A stretch of 64,000 bases of DNA from Candidatus Fervidifonticultor sextus (GCA_031459875.1 JAVKHQ010000005.1:39584-103583), one strand, 5' to 3'; numbered from the stretch's first letter, positions 18,746 to 29,292 are shown. Made by a program: numbers and translations. The notes: a model not told the origin generated them from the sequence alone.

Positions 18746-19330
18746 CTAGTGCCTGAGCAGCTGACGGACGTCGTGTGCCACGTCGGCCGCGGTGGCCTCG
18801 TGGCTCACATTCAGACGCCAGCGTCCCTCCCGGTCGATGACGGGGACGTTCGTCGAGTGCGCTATGAGGTACCCCGCTGCGCTGTTGCGTACCGGGACCT
18901 TCTGGAACGCGGCGCCGAAGAATCGGTAGGTCGCGGCCAACAGATGCGGGGGGCCTGTCAGACCTACGAACTCGGGGCTGAACAGACGGAGGTACCGGTC
19001 GAGGAACGCCGGGGTGTCAACCTCGGGGTCGAGCGTGATGAACACGAAGCGGACTCGCGCGGCGTCCGTCCCCAGTATCTTGGCGACGTCCCGGAACATC
19101 CCCAGGGTGAGCGGACAGACGTCCGGGCACCTGGTGTAGCCAAAGAAGACCAGGACGACGCGCCCCCGTTGCTCGGCGAGGTTGAACGGCCGCCCGTGCT
19201 GGTCGCTCAGCACGAGCCTCGGGACCGGGCGCGCAGGGTCGAGTTCGCGGGCTCGGAAGCTTGGGCGGTGGCACGCGGAGAGGAGCAGCACGGCCAAGCC
19301 GCTGGCGATCCATCTGATCCATCGGGCCAT
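18746..19330 (-). CDS. SCO1/SenC-family copper chaperone (thioredoxin fold); likely lipoprotein.
   Basis: CPDVCP is the CxxxC motif. LLLSAC is a lipobox-like sequence. GGGAGG RBS 6 nt before the ATG at 19330. Confidence 0.8.
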   Translation of the reverse strand: MARWIRWIASGLAVLLLSACHRPSFRARELDPARPVPRLVLSDQHGRPFNLAEQRGRVVLVFFGYTRCPDVCPLTLGMFRDVAKILGTDAARVRFVFITLDPEVDTPAFLDRYLRLFSPEFVGLTGPPHLLAATYRFFGAAFQKVPVRNSAAGYLIAHSTNVPVIDREGRWRLNVSHEATAADVAHDVRQLLRH

Positions 19331-19425
19331 AACTAGCCTCCCGCGAAAGGTGTCTACCACGACGCCGCACCGCAACACGCCGGGAGTCGACGGCGTGGAG
19401 TGGCGGGCCGCAGTGGTGAGTCGGA

Positions 19426-19941
19426 TTAGGCTGGGCGGTGGGCTCGAGGCGGAGGGTCCGGAACGGGGAGGGGGATGGGCATGAGGCCCGGCGAGACCGG
19501 GCGGGCGACCCGTTCGGTCGGCGGTGGCGCTCCCGGCATCACTGTCGCTGGCGCCGTGGCGACGGCCAGGCCCGAGACGCTGAGGACCTGCGCGCCATGG
19601 GCGGTCCCGGGAAGGACGGACACGACACGCGGCAGTTCAGAAATTCGTCGGCTGCCGTGCGGGGGCCACGCCGCGCTCTTCCCGTTCTCACCATGATGTC
19701 CGGGGGATCCGCGCTGCCGGTCGTGGCCGTGGCGACGGTGGTGGGCGAGCGCGTCGGCGCGCTGCGCAGGCGTACCGCCGATCACCACGTGCAGGTGGTA
19801 CGGGTCGCGCTCCACCGCCTGCGTGTCGGCGACCGGGACGATCAGTCGCAAGACCATCGCCGGCAACGCAACCGCGGCCACAACCAGGAACGGACCCGGA
19901 CGGCTTGAGCGATCTGCCGGCGCCGCGCGACATGGGAACAT
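19426..19941 (-). CDS. Uncharacterized His-rich single-pass membrane protein, paralog 1 of 3.
   Basis: TM helix FLVVAAVALPAMVLRLIV, then DPYHLHVVIGGTPAQRADALAHHRRHGHD and a C-terminal PDPPPR. Conserved with the proteins at 46480-46998 and 48798-49277. Start uncertain. Confidence 0.5.
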   Translation of the reverse strand: MFPCRAAPADRSSRPGPFLVVAAVALPAMVLRLIVPVADTQAVERDPYHLHVVIGGTPAQRADALAHHRRHGHDRQRGSPGHHGENGKSAAWPPHGSRRISELPRVVSVLPGTAHGAQVLSVSGLAVATAPATVMPGAPPPTERVARPVSPGLMPIPLPVPDPPPRAHRPA

Positions 19942-20348
19942 GCCTGGCCGGTGTTCGACAGTGGTAGGATGAAGTCCTCCCCCCTTCCAACCCGATGCAG
20001 ACATGGACATCCGGACGACGGCCCGCGGCAAGCGCGATGGCACCATCGTGCGCCACCTGCAGCTCGCCCACAACGAGCGGGGTCCGCGGACCGGAATGCC
20101 CCGGGCCCGCGTCCTGTCCCGGCAATCCGGGCCAACCTGGGAAGCGCCCGGAACTCCAAGGTGGCGGGCTCACCGGCCCTCACGACGACAGCCCGGGATG
20201 TGGGAACCACCGCCAGGTCGGCGGAGAACGCCACGACGTCCCACGCGCCCGGCACCACCCGCAGGTGGGCCCTCCCCGTCGCGTGTCCCGTGGTCATTGC
20301 ACCGGCCCGCGCGTCATGGCAGTGTCCCAGCTTCGATCATGGTCCGTA

Positions 20349-20978
20349 TCAGGGCTTCTGGCTGATAGCCAGCCGCCCGTACCTCTCTGGAAGGAACACG
20401 CCCACGTTCCGCGGCCACCAGAAGCTGGGGCCACGGTCGTAGTTGTCCCAGTAGTGCAATCCGGTGGCCACCGTCCCGCCGAGTGCAACACCGATCTCCT
20501 CCAATGGGACCGACAGCTCGTACATCATGTGGCGCGCTGCGGGCGGGCCCATCGCCGCGCCCCGTGCGCGGCTGTCGAAGTGAAATGTCCGTCGGCCTCG
20601 CGCATCGATGCGGTCCGTGCGCAGCCGGCCGTCGCCATAGAGCCAGTAGCCGACCTCGCCCTTGAACCAGATGGCCATGTTGTCGAAGCCGGTGTGGGGA
20701 GGGCTGGACGCCGTGGTGTTGGTGATGTCGTGGATGGCGTCGACACCCACGTAAAGCCGCTCCGTATCGTTCATGACGAGGAAGACGCACCGCGCACCCC
20801 CATCGCGGCTGGCCAGGGTCAGGCGGGCCGCTGCCCGCCACTCGTCCTCTCCGACGACCCCGTCGATGTCAGGCGGCGTGACCGCGTAAGGACTCTGGAG
20901 CACCTCCTGCCCACCGGCTCCTCCCGCGAGGAGACCGGCGATCGCCAGAAGTGCGCCAGCGGCCCCGACCCGTCTCAT
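20349..20978 (-). CDS. Secreted hypothetical protein.
   Basis: Signal peptide MRRVGAAGALLAIAGLLAGGAGG; no recognised domain. Confidence 0.5.
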   Translation of the reverse strand: MRRVGAAGALLAIAGLLAGGAGGQEVLQSPYAVTPPDIDGVVGEDEWRAAARLTLASRDGGARCVFLVMNDTERLYVGVDAIHDITNTTASSPPHTGFDNMAIWFKGEVGYWLYGDGRLRTDRIDARGRRTFHFDSRARGAAMGPPAARHMMYELSVPLEEIGVALGGTVATGLHYWDNYDRGPSFWWPRNVGVFLPERYGRLAISQKP

Positions 20979-21037
20979 ATCACCTGCTCCGGGTTTGGGA
21001 CGCGGATGGGGGGCGTCCGTTCACGTTTGGTCCACCG

Positions 21038-21601
21038 CTATGGCATTCGTGGAATCTGCGACGCAGGCCAGAGACCATCGGCGGATCCCGCCGGGAAGAC
21101 TTGCAAGTAGTAGACCGTATTGGCTGGTACGGGCAGCGGCACACCCGTTTGTGTGTAGCCGCCAATGGCTAACCCAATGTGGTCATACACGGCGACGATG
21201 AAACCGGTCCTGTCGCTGAGAAGCCAGCGGAAGCTGGGGGTGCCATATACCTGCCACGCGGTCTGAAGGGGAGTGCCCAAGGCCACACCCTCGGCTGTAC
21301 GGAACCGGATCGCCTCACCAGCCCCCTGGAGCAGCAGGGCTACCACTTGATCGGTGTCGCGACGGACGAGGGCAACGAGCGCCCAGCGCTGTCCCTGCGG
21401 TCCGAACGTCCATCCTATGGCCGCGAGGGTCGGGTTGGCCGCCGCCCCCAGGTTCTGCGGGAGCCCCAGTTGCATGCGCAGTGCCGCGCCCGTCACGCCG
21501 AGCCGGTAGGGGCCGATGCGGTCCCCAGGTACCATCACCGAGTCCTCCGGCGTGGCGGCGGCGCCTGGGAGCCAGGCGAAGGTGGCGCCTGCCAGCGTCA
21601 T
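21038..21601 (-). CDS. Secreted hypothetical protein, paralog A (tandem with 21699-22181). Start uncertain.
   Basis: Shares PGDRIGPYRLG and FRTAEGVALG with paralog B. The long track ORF is truncated here so that it does not overlap paralog B. Confidence 0.45.
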   Translation of the reverse strand: MTLAGATFAWLPGAAATPEDSVMVPGDRIGPYRLGVTGAALRMQLGLPQNLGAAANPTLAAIGWTFGPQGQRWALVALVRRDTDQVVALLLQGAGEAIRFRTAEGVALGTPLQTAWQVYGTPSFRWLLSDRTGFIVAVYDHIGLAIGGYTQTGVPLPVPANTVYYLQVFPAGSADGLWPASQIPRMP

Positions 21602-21698
21602 GAGCAGAAGCGCGAGTCTCGTAGCGGGCGTCGAGCCGCCGCCGATCCGCCTGTGCGCAGGGTCGATGACGGGTGCTGGCGACCCAGGCGGTCTTTGG

Positions 21699-22181
21699 CT
21701 ACTGGGATTTGTGATCAAAGACCCCAATGGCAATGATCCTGCCCTCTTTGGTCTGCACATAGAGCCCAATTCTCCAGTAGGCGCGCGCTTCGACATTTCC
21801 CGGATATTGGTGGCGCCATTCCGGTCGACCGAAGCGGTCGAGCTCTGAACCAGGACTGCCAAGGCCGACGCCATCGGCCGTCCTGAAGACCCGGTTCGCC
21901 TCAGAGTCGAGGAGCGTCGCGGCCGAGACCGTGTGGGTCGCGTTGAAGAACGAGAAGTAGATACGCTTGTCCCGCCAGAGCATGCCGTAGGACTGAGGCA
22001 TGGTGGTCGAACCTCGTTCCCCGACCGACCCCATCAGGCCGATCACGCCGGCCAGCGTCATGCCCAGATTGTAGGGTCCGATGCGTTTGCCAGGGACGAT
22101 CAGGGTGCCGTCTTCAACCTGCGCAGCGGCCAATGTGTGCGCCGCCAGGATGCTGACGAGAACCGCGAGTCCTTTCCGCAT
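21699..22181 (-). CDS. Secreted hypothetical protein, paralog B.
   Basis: Signal peptide MRKGLAVLVSILAAHTLAAA. Contains PGKRIGPYNLG and FRTADGVGLG. Confidence 0.55.
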   Translation of the reverse strand: MRKGLAVLVSILAAHTLAAAQVEDGTLIVPGKRIGPYNLGMTLAGVIGLMGSVGERGSTTMPQSYGMLWRDKRIYFSFFNATHTVSAATLLDSEANRVFRTADGVGLGSPGSELDRFGRPEWRHQYPGNVEARAYWRIGLYVQTKEGRIIAIGVFDHKSQ

Positions 22182-22316
22182 GACGCCACTCCACGAGAAG
22201 GTCGCGCCCGGTCACCCGGTCAGCTGACGGCCTACCTGTCTTGAATTGTTCAGCAGGCCCGGACGGCCCGCAAGGAGAAACATTCGCAAAACTTCGCAGG
22301 TCGTGGGGGACATCCG

Positions 22317-23675
22317 ATGCTCCGCCTCTCGCTCACGGACAGGCGGGTTACCGCAGAAGGGCGGCCGCTGGCCCTCAGCCCGGCGTTTTTCCAACTGTAC
22401 TGCCTGCTGGCCTACGAGCGCGCCTCCGGCCGTGATCGGTTCGTCACCGTCCGCGACGTCCGGCGCCTCTCCCGGTGGGGACGAGCCACCCCCGACAGCA
22501 TCGGGAAGAGCATTCACCGCCACGTCCGCCGGGCGCAGCGCGCCGGATGGGACCTCATCGAGTCTCCGCCCAGGGCAGCGACGAAGTTGTTTCGGCTGAA
22601 GGACGCCCATGTCGTATTCGATACGCCGCTGTCCGCCGTCGAGAGTTTCCTCGGCCTCGATCTCGCCGTCACGACTCCATCGTACCCGTGGCCCGGCGGG
22701 CGATCGCCGGCCGTCGATAGGATGTTCAGGTTCTTGTGGGCGATGGTGCGGGCACGGATGGAGCTGGAGCGCGGCGACTTAGTCAGAGCCCGGTCCATGA
22801 TCGAGGAGGCCGAACGGGTAGAAGGACAGCGCCCCAGAGACCGCATCCTGCTCCTCCTGCTGACCTCCAGCATCCTGGAGCACGAAGGGCGGTTCGACGA
22901 AGCGCTGGCGAAGGCGCAGGATGCCCTGGCAATGTGCCGCGCTCACGGCGGCGATTACCTGACGCTGGCCCGCGCCTGCATCCGGGTGGGGTTCCTGGGC
23001 GCAATGCTGCGGCAGCCGCACCGCTACGGGGAAGCCCGCGACCTGTACCTGGAAGCCCAGAGGCTCATCGAGGGTTCCCAGCACCTGATCGAGCTCTCGC
23101 AGATCGCCACGGGGCTCGGACATCTGGCTCGGAGGGCACACGATCTGGATGATGCGCTGGCCTACTTCATCCGCGCCCTCGAGTACGCCGCGGCGGAGGC
23201 CTGGGGGTGGGGCATTCAGGCAGGTCTGTTCAATCTGGGCCTGGTCCAGGCGGAGCGCGGTGACAGCCTGCAAGACCAGCGCGCCCGCCAGGCCGCCTAC
23301 CTGGAGGCCCGCGCCTGGTTGGAGCGAGCGGTGGAGTTTGTGGACCGGACCGGCATCGGCCGGTATTCCAGCGAAGGGCTGTCGGTGATGGCCCACGTCC
23401 TGCTGCGCCTGGGCCGAGGTAGAGCGGCCGTCGTCTGGGCCAGAGCGGCCCTGGATCGCGCACGGGCGGTGCAGAACAGGAAGAGCCGGGCCGTGGCACT
23501 GGAAACCCTCGGAGAGGCCCTCTGCGCCATTGGTGACCGGGCAGAGGGAATCAGGGCGCTGCGGGAAGCATACTCCGAGTATGGGGCCATGGGCTTCGAG
23601 CCCGATGCCCGGCGCGTCCTGCACCTGATCGCTGAAGCCAGGAGCCGCCGGCGGGGCGGCAAGCCCCGACCGTGA
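22317..23675 (+). CDS. Transcriptional regulator with an N-terminal OmpR/SARP-type winged helix and TPR-like helical repeats.
   Basis: N-terminus [26 protein letters not shown]...VTVRDV is wHTH-like. The remainder is alpha-helical repeats rich in A, L and R. Confidence 0.55.
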   Translation: MLRLSLTDRRVTAEGRPLALSPAFFQLYCLLAYERASGRDRFVTVRDVRRLSRWGRATPDSIGKSIHRHVRRAQRAGWDLIESPPRAATKLFRLKDAHVVFDTPLSAVESFLGLDLAVTTPSYPWPGGRSPAVDRMFRFLWAMVRARMELERGDLVRARSMIEEAERVEGQRPRDRILLLLLTSSILEHEGRFDEALAKAQDALAMCRAHGGDYLTLARACIRVGFLGAMLRQPHRYGEARDLYLEAQRLIEGSQHLIELSQIATGLGHLARRAHDLDDALAYFIRALEYAAAEAWGWGIQAGLFNLGLVQAERGDSLQDQRARQAAYLEARAWLERAVEFVDRTGIGRYSSEGLSVMAHVLLRLGRGRAAVVWARAALDRARAVQNRKSRAVALETLGEALCAIGDRAEGIRALREAYSEYGAMGFEPDARRVLHLIAEARSRRRGGKPRP

Positions 23676-23700
23676 CGGTTACAGGCGGACAGGGGATGGC

Positions 23701-24285
23701 ATGAGCGGCACCGGCGGGAACATCGAGGTTATCTGCGGGAGTATGTTCAGCGGGAAGACTGAGGAGTTGATCCGTCGGGTGCGGCGCGCCCAGATCGCCC
23801 GGCAGCGGGTTCAGGTGTTCAAGCACGCGCTGGACGACCGCTACGCGGTCGGGGCGATCACCTCCCATGACGGCGGGCGCATCGAGGCGGTGCCGGTCAC
23901 CACCAGCGCGGAGATCCTGGCGCAGGTGCATTCTGAGACCGGCGTGGTGGCCGTCGACGAGGTCCAGTTCCTCGACGACGGCATCCGCCAGGTGGCCCAG
24001 ACCCTCGCCGCCCGCGGCGTCCGCGTGATCCTGGCCGGTCTGGATGTGGACTTTCGCGGCGAACCGTTCGGTCCGATGGGGTATCTGCTGGCGGTCGCCG
24101 AGGAGGTCACCAAACTGCAGGCCATCTGCATGATCTGCGGAGCGCCGGCCACCCGGACACAGCGCCTGGTGGACGGCCGGCCCGCGCACTACACCGACCC
24201 GGTGATCTTCATCGGCGCCGGCGAAGCCTACCAGGCCCGCTGCCGGCGCTGCCACGAGGTGCCGGGCCGGCCGGGCGAACCCTGA
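23701..24285 (+). CDS. tdk: Thymidine kinase.
   Basis: P-loop [14 protein letters not shown]. Zinc ribbon CMICGAPA...CRRCH. Confidence 0.9.
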   Translation: MSGTGGNIEVICGSMFSGKTEELIRRVRRAQIARQRVQVFKHALDDRYAVGAITSHDGGRIEAVPVTTSAEILAQVHSETGVVAVDEVQFLDDGIRQVAQTLAARGVRVILAGLDVDFRGEPFGPMGYLLAVAEEVTKLQAICMICGAPATRTQRLVDGRPAHYTDPVIFIGAGEAYQARCRRCHEVPGRPGEP

Positions 24286-24294
24286 CTGTGCGGG

Positions 24295-24325
24295 TTCGCG
24301 GGCGGCTGGGGTCCCGTACTATAAT
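24295..24325 (+). promoter_or_regulatory. prfA promoter: consensus -10 TATAAT at 24320-24325, with a weak -35.
   Basis: Seen directly in the sequence. Confidence 0.4.
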
Positions 24326-24341
24326 CGGGACGGTGAACTCG

Positions 24342-25421
24342 ATGGATGCCAGACTCAAGGCCCGCCTGGAGGCGCTGGAGGCCCGCTACGAGGCCCTGGC
24401 GGCCCAGATGGCCGACCCGGCGGTGCTGGCGGATCAGGCCCGCTACCAGGAGGCGGCGCGGGAGTACGCCGAACTGGAGGGGACGGTGACGCGTTTCCGC
24501 GCGTACCGCGAAGCCAGCCGCCAGGCCGCCGAGGCCGAGGCGATGGCGCGGGAGGAGGCCGACCCCGACCTCCGCGAAATGGCGAGGGGTGAGGTCGCCC
24601 GGCTGGCGGAACGGCTCGCCGGCCTGGAGGCCGACCTCCAGCGCCGGCTGCTGCCGCCTGACCCCCTCGACGAGCGCCACATCATCGTCGAAATCCGGGC
24701 CGGGACCGGCGGCGACGAGGCCGCGCTCTTTGCCGGGGACCTGCTCCGCATGTACACGCGCTACGCCGAGCGCCACCGCTGGAAGTCCGAGGTGCTCTCG
24801 GCGAGCCCGACCGGCATCGGGGGGTTCAAGGAGGTCGTCGTGGCCATCGCCGGCCGGGGCGCCTACAGCCGGCTGAAGTACGAGAGCGGCGTCCACCGCG
24901 TCCAGCGGGTCCCGGTGACCGAGTCGTCCGGCCGCATCCACACCTCCACGGCGACCGTGGCGGTCCTGCCCGAGGCTGAGGAAGTGGACGTCGTCGTCCG
25001 GCCCGAGGACCTGGAGATCGAGACCTACCGGGCCGGGGGGGCCGGGGGCCAGAACGTCAACAAGGTCGAGACGGCGGTCCGCATCAGGCACCGGCCCACC
25101 GGTCTGGTCGTGACCTGTCAGGACGAGCGCTCGCAGTTCCAGAACCGCGAGAAGGCCATGCGCATCCTGCGGGCGCACCTGCTGGAGCGGGCCGAGCGCG
25201 AGCAGGCCGAGGCGATCGCGAGGCAGCGCCGCCAGCAGGTGGGCACGGCGGAGCGCAGCGAGAAGATCCGGACCTACAACTTTCCCCAGAACCGGGTCAC
25301 CGACCACCGCATCGGTCTCAGTCTCCACCGGCTCGAGACTGTGCTGGACGGCGACCTCGACGAGTTGATCGAGGCCCTCACCGCCGCCGATCGGGCCGCC
25401 CAGCTCGCCGCGGTGGACTGA
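24342..25421 (+). CDS. prfA: Peptide chain release factor 1.
   Basis: GGQ motif ([17 protein letters not shown]) and PxT region. I chose the ATG at 24342 ([10 protein letters not shown]...). Confidence 0.9.
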   Translation: MDARLKARLEALEARYEALAAQMADPAVLADQARYQEAAREYAELEGTVTRFRAYREASRQAAEAEAMAREEADPDLREMARGEVARLAERLAGLEADLQRRLLPPDPLDERHIIVEIRAGTGGDEAALFAGDLLRMYTRYAERHRWKSEVLSASPTGIGGFKEVVVAIAGRGAYSRLKYESGVHRVQRVPVTESSGRIHTSTATVAVLPEAEEVDVVVRPEDLEIETYRAGGAGGQNVNKVETAVRIRHRPTGLVVTCQDERSQFQNREKAMRILRAHLLERAEREQAEAIARQRRQQVGTAERSEKIRTYNFPQNRVTDHRIGLSLHRLETVLDGDLDELIEALTAADRAAQLAAVD

Positions 25422-25445
25422 TCCCCCGGGAACCTGACTGCCGCC

Positions 25446-26303
25446 GTGAGGACCGTCGCCGAGGCCTGGATGGCCGGCCGCGAGCACCTGGCCGCATTGG
25501 GCGTGGAGGAGGCCGCGATCACCGCGGAAGTCCTGCTCCGGCACGCCCTGGGCTGGACCCGCACCGAACTCTATCTGGCCTGGCACCGCCCCCTCGACGA
25601 GGCGGCCTGGACGCGCTTCCAGGCCCTCCTGGACGCCCGGGCGGCAGGACGGCCGGTGGCATATATCGTCGGCCGGCGGGAGTTCATGGCACTGGACTTT
25701 CTGGTGGATGAACGGGTCCTCATCCCCAGGCCCGAAACCGAGGTGCTGGTGGAGGCGGCGCTGGAGGCGGTCCGCGACGTCCCGGCACCGGCCATCGCCG
25801 ACATCGGCACCGGCAGCGGCGCTATCGCCGTGAGCCTGGCGGTCCTGCGTCCGGACGCCGCCATCGTCGCCACGGACCTCTCCCAGGATGCCCTGGAGGT
25901 GGCCCGGACCAACGCCGACCGGCACGGCGTGGCCGACCGGATCCGCTTCCTCCAGGGCGACCTGTTAGCCCCGGTCGCCGCCGCCGGCATGCGCCTGGAC
26001 CTGGTGGCCTGCAACCCCCCCTACGTCTCCCCTGAGGCGGCGGGGGGGCTGCCCAGGGAGATCCGGGAGTTCGAGCCGGCCGTCGCGGTGGTGGCTCCCG
26101 GGGACCCCCTGGACCTCCACCGCCGGCTGGTCACCACGGCGCCCGGGGTCCTGCGGCCACGAGGCTGGCTGGTGGTGGAGGTCGGAGCAGGCCAGGCCCC
26201 GCGTGTGGTCGAACTGTTCAATCAGGCGGGCGCCTACGAGGCTCCAGTCACAAGACGGGATGGCCTCGGGTGGGATCGGGTCGTGGCCGCGCGCATCCGG
26301 TGA
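25446..26303 (+). CDS. prmC: Release-factor glutamine N5-methyltransferase.
   Basis: NPPY motif (VACNPPYV) and DIGTGSGAI SAM-binding motif. Confidence 0.88.
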   Translation: MRTVAEAWMAGREHLAALGVEEAAITAEVLLRHALGWTRTELYLAWHRPLDEAAWTRFQALLDARAAGRPVAYIVGRREFMALDFLVDERVLIPRPETEVLVEAALEAVRDVPAPAIADIGTGSGAIAVSLAVLRPDAAIVATDLSQDALEVARTNADRHGVADRIRFLQGDLLAPVAAAGMRLDLVACNPPYVSPEAAGGLPREIREFEPAVAVVAPGDPLDLHRRLVTTAPGVLRPRGWLVVEVGAGQAPRVVELFNQAGAYEAPVTRRDGLGWDRVVAARIR

Positions 26304-26306
26304 GCC

Positions 26307-26804
26307 ATGAATGAGAAAGGCCGACCGGCGAACTACTACGCGCTCACCTTCCAGCCGGCGGTGGATCGATCTCAGGAGCCCATCGTGATCCTCCGAGTGG
26401 ATCCGCGCGATGATGCCGTGCCGCGCAGGGCGGTGGAGGTGCTCCGCGCAGGCGGGCTGATCGTCTTTCCCGCCGACGACGGCTACCTGGTCGGGTGCTC
26501 GGCGCTGGATCCTGAAGCGGTCCAACGGCTGTGCGAGGTCACCGGTGTCAGGCGCGAGGCCCTCACCTATTTCGCCGGCTCGCCGGAGCACGCCGCCCGC
26601 CTGGACGCGCCGACCCGCCCGCTCCACCATCCCGTACCGCTGGCGCTGATGCGCGCCACCGGAGTGCCGCTGGCGGCGACGCCCTGCCGGCCCGATGGGC
26701 CACCGGCGCCGTCGGCCCAGCACGCCGTCTTCATCCTGGGGGACGCCGCGGATCTGGTTTTGGACGCCGGACCGATCCGGCAGCCGGCTCCCGCAGGCAG
26801 GTAA
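26307..26804 (+). CDS. Protein with a YrdC/Sua5 domain only (L-threonylcarbamoyladenylate synthase family, short form).
   Basis: LIVFPADDGYLVGCSALDPEAVQRL; only 165 aa, with no Sua5 C-terminal domain. Confidence 0.65.
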   Translation: MNEKGRPANYYALTFQPAVDRSQEPIVILRVDPRDDAVPRRAVEVLRAGGLIVFPADDGYLVGCSALDPEAVQRLCEVTGVRREALTYFAGSPEHAARLDAPTRPLHHPVPLALMRATGVPLAATPCRPDGPPAPSAQHAVFILGDAADLVLDAGPIRQPAPAGR

Positions 26805-26808
26805 GACC

Positions 26809-27264
26809 GTGCGCATCGTGATCGGAGGTGACCACGCGGGGGTGCTCCTCAAGGCGGAGATCGCGCGCCTGCTGCTGGAACTGGGTCACGAGGTGCGAGA
26901 TCTGGGTACCAACACCGTGCAGCCGGTGGACTACCCCGACTACTGCATCCCGGTGGCCGAGGCGGTCGCGCGCGGGGAGGCCGATCGGGGCATCATCTTC
27001 GGCGGGACGGGCAACGGCGAGGCCATGGCGGCCAACAAGGTGATGGGGATTCGATGCGCCGTCTGCCACGATGTCACCACGGCGCGCCTGGCGCGATCCC
27101 ACAACGACGCCAACATGCTCGCGCTGGGCGCCCGGATCGTGGGGACCGAGGTCGCCAAGGAGATCGTCCGGACGTTCCTGGCAACCCCGTTTGAAGGGGG
27201 ACGGCACATCCCGAGGATCGAGAAGATTCACAGGTACGAGCGGGAGCGCAGGCTCCCGCCGTAG
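26809..27264 (+). CDS. rpiB: Ribose-5-phosphate isomerase B.
   Basis: (M)RIVIGGDHAG...GGTGNGEAMAANK...CHD. GTG start at 26809. Confidence 0.88.
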   Translation: MRIVIGGDHAGVLLKAEIARLLLELGHEVRDLGTNTVQPVDYPDYCIPVAEAVARGEADRGIIFGGTGNGEAMAANKVMGIRCAVCHDVTTARLARSHNDANMLALGARIVGTEVAKEIVRTFLATPFEGGRHIPRIEKIHRYERERRLPP

Positions 27265-27303
27265 CACGACGAGGCCGGCATACTTCAGGGGAGGTGACAG
27301 GGG

Positions 27304-27717
27304 ATGCCTGATACGGTCCGTCTGGTGGACTACTACTATGTCACAGTGCCCGACAAGCCGGGCGAGGGAGCGCGCGCCCTCAGTTATCTCAAGGAGGCCG
27401 GCGTGAACCTCATGACCCTGCATGCCTTTCCCAGCGGCCGCCGGGCGCAGGTGGACTTCGTGCCTTCGGACGCGGCCGCGTTTCGCACCGCGGCGCGGAA
27501 GGCGGGGTGGAAGCTCGTGGGCCCGAAGAAGGCGTTCCTGATCGAGGGCGAAGACCGGGTCGGTGCCCTGGTGGACTACTTCACGAAGCTGGGCGAGGCG
27601 AAGATCAACGTCACCGCCTCCACTGCCATCGCCGCCGGCATGGGCCGGTTCGGCGCCATCCTCTGGGTGAAGGCGCGCGACGTCAAGCGGGCGGCCAAGG
27701 CCCTGGGCGTCGGGTAG
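27304..27717 (+). CDS. Small protein with an ACT-like domain.
   Basis: YYYVTVPDKPGEGARALSYLKEAGVNL is an ACT-like beta-alpha-beta-beta-alpha-beta pattern. Confidence 0.5.
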   Translation: MPDTVRLVDYYYVTVPDKPGEGARALSYLKEAGVNLMTLHAFPSGRRAQVDFVPSDAAAFRTAARKAGWKLVGPKKAFLIEGEDRVGALVDYFTKLGEAKINVTASTAIAAGMGRFGAILWVKARDVKRAAKALGVG

Positions 27718-27738
27718 GCTCCACCGGCAACAGGAGTG

Positions 27739-27775
27739 CAGACCGGGCCGGGATTCCCGGCCCGGTCTGTTGGAC
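27739..27775. terminator. Bidirectional intrinsic terminator between convergent genes: 14-bp perfect stem (CAGACCGGGCCGGG / CCCGGCCCGGTCTG) with an ATTC loop, followed by TTGGACTGG.
   Basis: Seen directly in the sequence between the ACT-domain gene (plus strand) and glyA (minus strand). Confidence 0.6.
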
Positions 27776-27783
27776 TGGTATCC

Positions 27784-29112
27784 TCACGCGATCCCCGGGA
27801 CCGGGAACCGGCGACACCACGCCCGGACCTCCTCCCGGACCGCCGCCAGACGGGCGTTGGCCCGGAGGGCGGTGCGGAACGTCCTCAGCACCTGACTCCG
27901 CGCCTCGCGGTCCTCCGGCAACTGGTATTCGCGGATCTCGTCGTGCACCAGGGCCATCCACTGCGCCAGTTGGATCATCTCGGGTTCGCGCATGCCGCGG
28001 GTGGTGGCTGCCGGCGTCCCCAGGCGGATGCCTGAGGGGTAGAAGGCCGAGGATGGTTCGCCCGGGACGGTGTTCTTGTTGACCGTGATCCCCACGGCGT
28101 CGAGGGCCTCCTGCATGAAGACGCCCCGGCCGATCCCGCCGGGTCGGAGGTCGACGAGCAGCATGTGGTTGTCGGTGCCGCCTGTCACCAGTGTAAACCC
28201 TCGTTCCGCAAGCGCCGCCGCCAGCGCCCTGGCGTTGGCCACGATCTGCGCCGCGTAGGCTGCGAACTCCGGCTTCATCGCTTCTCCCAGACACACGGCG
28301 ATCGCCGCTGTGGTGTGGTCGTGGGGCCCCCCCTGCAGGCCGGGGAAGACGGCGCGGTCGATCTTCTCGGCCAGGTCGGGATCCTTGGCCAGGCCGCGGT
28401 CGGTGACCAGGATCATGGCGCCCCTGGGCCCCCGCAGCGTCTTGTGGGTCGTGGTGGTGATGATGTGGGCGTGCGGGGTCGGGCTGGGGTGGACGCCGCC
28501 GGCGACCAGGCCGGCGATATGGGCGATGTCCGCGGCGAAGTAGGCGCCCACCTCATCGGCCACGGCGGCGAACTCGGCAAACGGAAATTCGCGCACATAG
28601 GCGGTGGCCCCGCACCAGATCAGCCGGGGCCGGTGCTCCCGCGCCAGACGCCGGACCTCGTCCAGATCGATGTACCCGTCGGCCCGGACGTGGTAGGGGA
28701 CGCTCCGGTAGTAGGTGCCAGTGGCGCTGACCTTCCAACCGTGGGTCAGGTGTCCGCCGTCGGGCAGGTTCTGGCCCATGACGACGTCCCCGGGCTGGCA
28801 GGTGGCCAGGTAGACGGCCAGGTTGGCCGGGCTGCCGGAGTAGGGCTGGACGTTGGCGTGCGGCACGCCGAACAGCGCCCGGGCGCGCTGCTGCGCCAGG
28901 CGCTCGACCTCGTCGACGACCTCGTTGCCCCCGTAGTAGCGCCGCCCGGGATACCCCTCAGAATACTTGTTGGTGAGCACGCTGCCCATCGCCTCGAGCA
29001 CCGCGGCCGAGACGTAGTTCTCGGAGGGGATCAGTTCAACCCCGTCCCGCTGCCGGGCCCGCTCGCGCTCGAGCATGGCATACAGCTCTGGATCGTGGGT
29101 CTGAAGCACCAT
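27784..29112 (-). CDS. glyA: Serine hydroxymethyltransferase.
   Basis: [37 protein letters not shown], and the PLP-lysine region [13 protein letters not shown]. Confidence 0.93.
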   Translation of the reverse strand: MVLQTHDPELYAMLERERARQRDGVELIPSENYVSAAVLEAMGSVLTNKYSEGYPGRRYYGGNEVVDEVERLAQQRARALFGVPHANVQPYSGSPANLAVYLATCQPGDVVMGQNLPDGGHLTHGWKVSATGTYYRSVPYHVRADGYIDLDEVRRLAREHRPRLIWCGATAYVREFPFAEFAAVADEVGAYFAADIAHIAGLVAGGVHPSPTPHAHIITTTTHKTLRGPRGAMILVTDRGLAKDPDLAEKIDRAVFPGLQGGPHDHTTAAIAVCLGEAMKPEFAAYAAQIVANARALAAALAERGFTLVTGGTDNHMLLVDLRPGGIGRGVFMQEALDAVGITVNKNTVPGEPSSAFYPSGIRLGTPAATTRGMREPEMIQLAQWMALVHDEIREYQLPEDREARSQVLRTFRTALRANARLAAVREEVRAWCRRFPVPGIA

Positions 29113-29256
29113 CAGGACGCCTCCCGAACGCCGGGATCACCGGACCAGGCCTTCTTTCGGTGCGCAAAGACCGTCTGCCTCCAAAGGCTCATGGTGCCGC
29201 AACAGAAGGGCGGAGGCGACCGCGGGGGAGGAGGGGTGCGTTGCGGCCGCAGCGAA

Positions 29257-29292
29257 GCCGGTACCATCCCCTCCCGCGCAGGAGGTACCGGC
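29257..29292 (+). promoter_or_regulatory. 9-bp perfect hairpin (GCCGGTACC / GGTACCGGC, 18-nt loop) overlapping the upp SD and ending at the ATG. Possible translational control element.
   Basis: Seen directly in the sequence; the GGAGG RBS lies inside the structure. Confidence 0.3.

Noticed and set aside
19941-20348. Unannotated stretch of about 400 nt upstream of His-rich gene 1. I considered extending the gene to the ATG at 20073.
   Set aside because: The extended N-terminus (MWASCRWRTMVPS...) has no counterpart in paralogs 2 and 3, whose alignment begins near the DRSS motif. I kept the shorter start and left the region as intergenic (promoter/terminator space).
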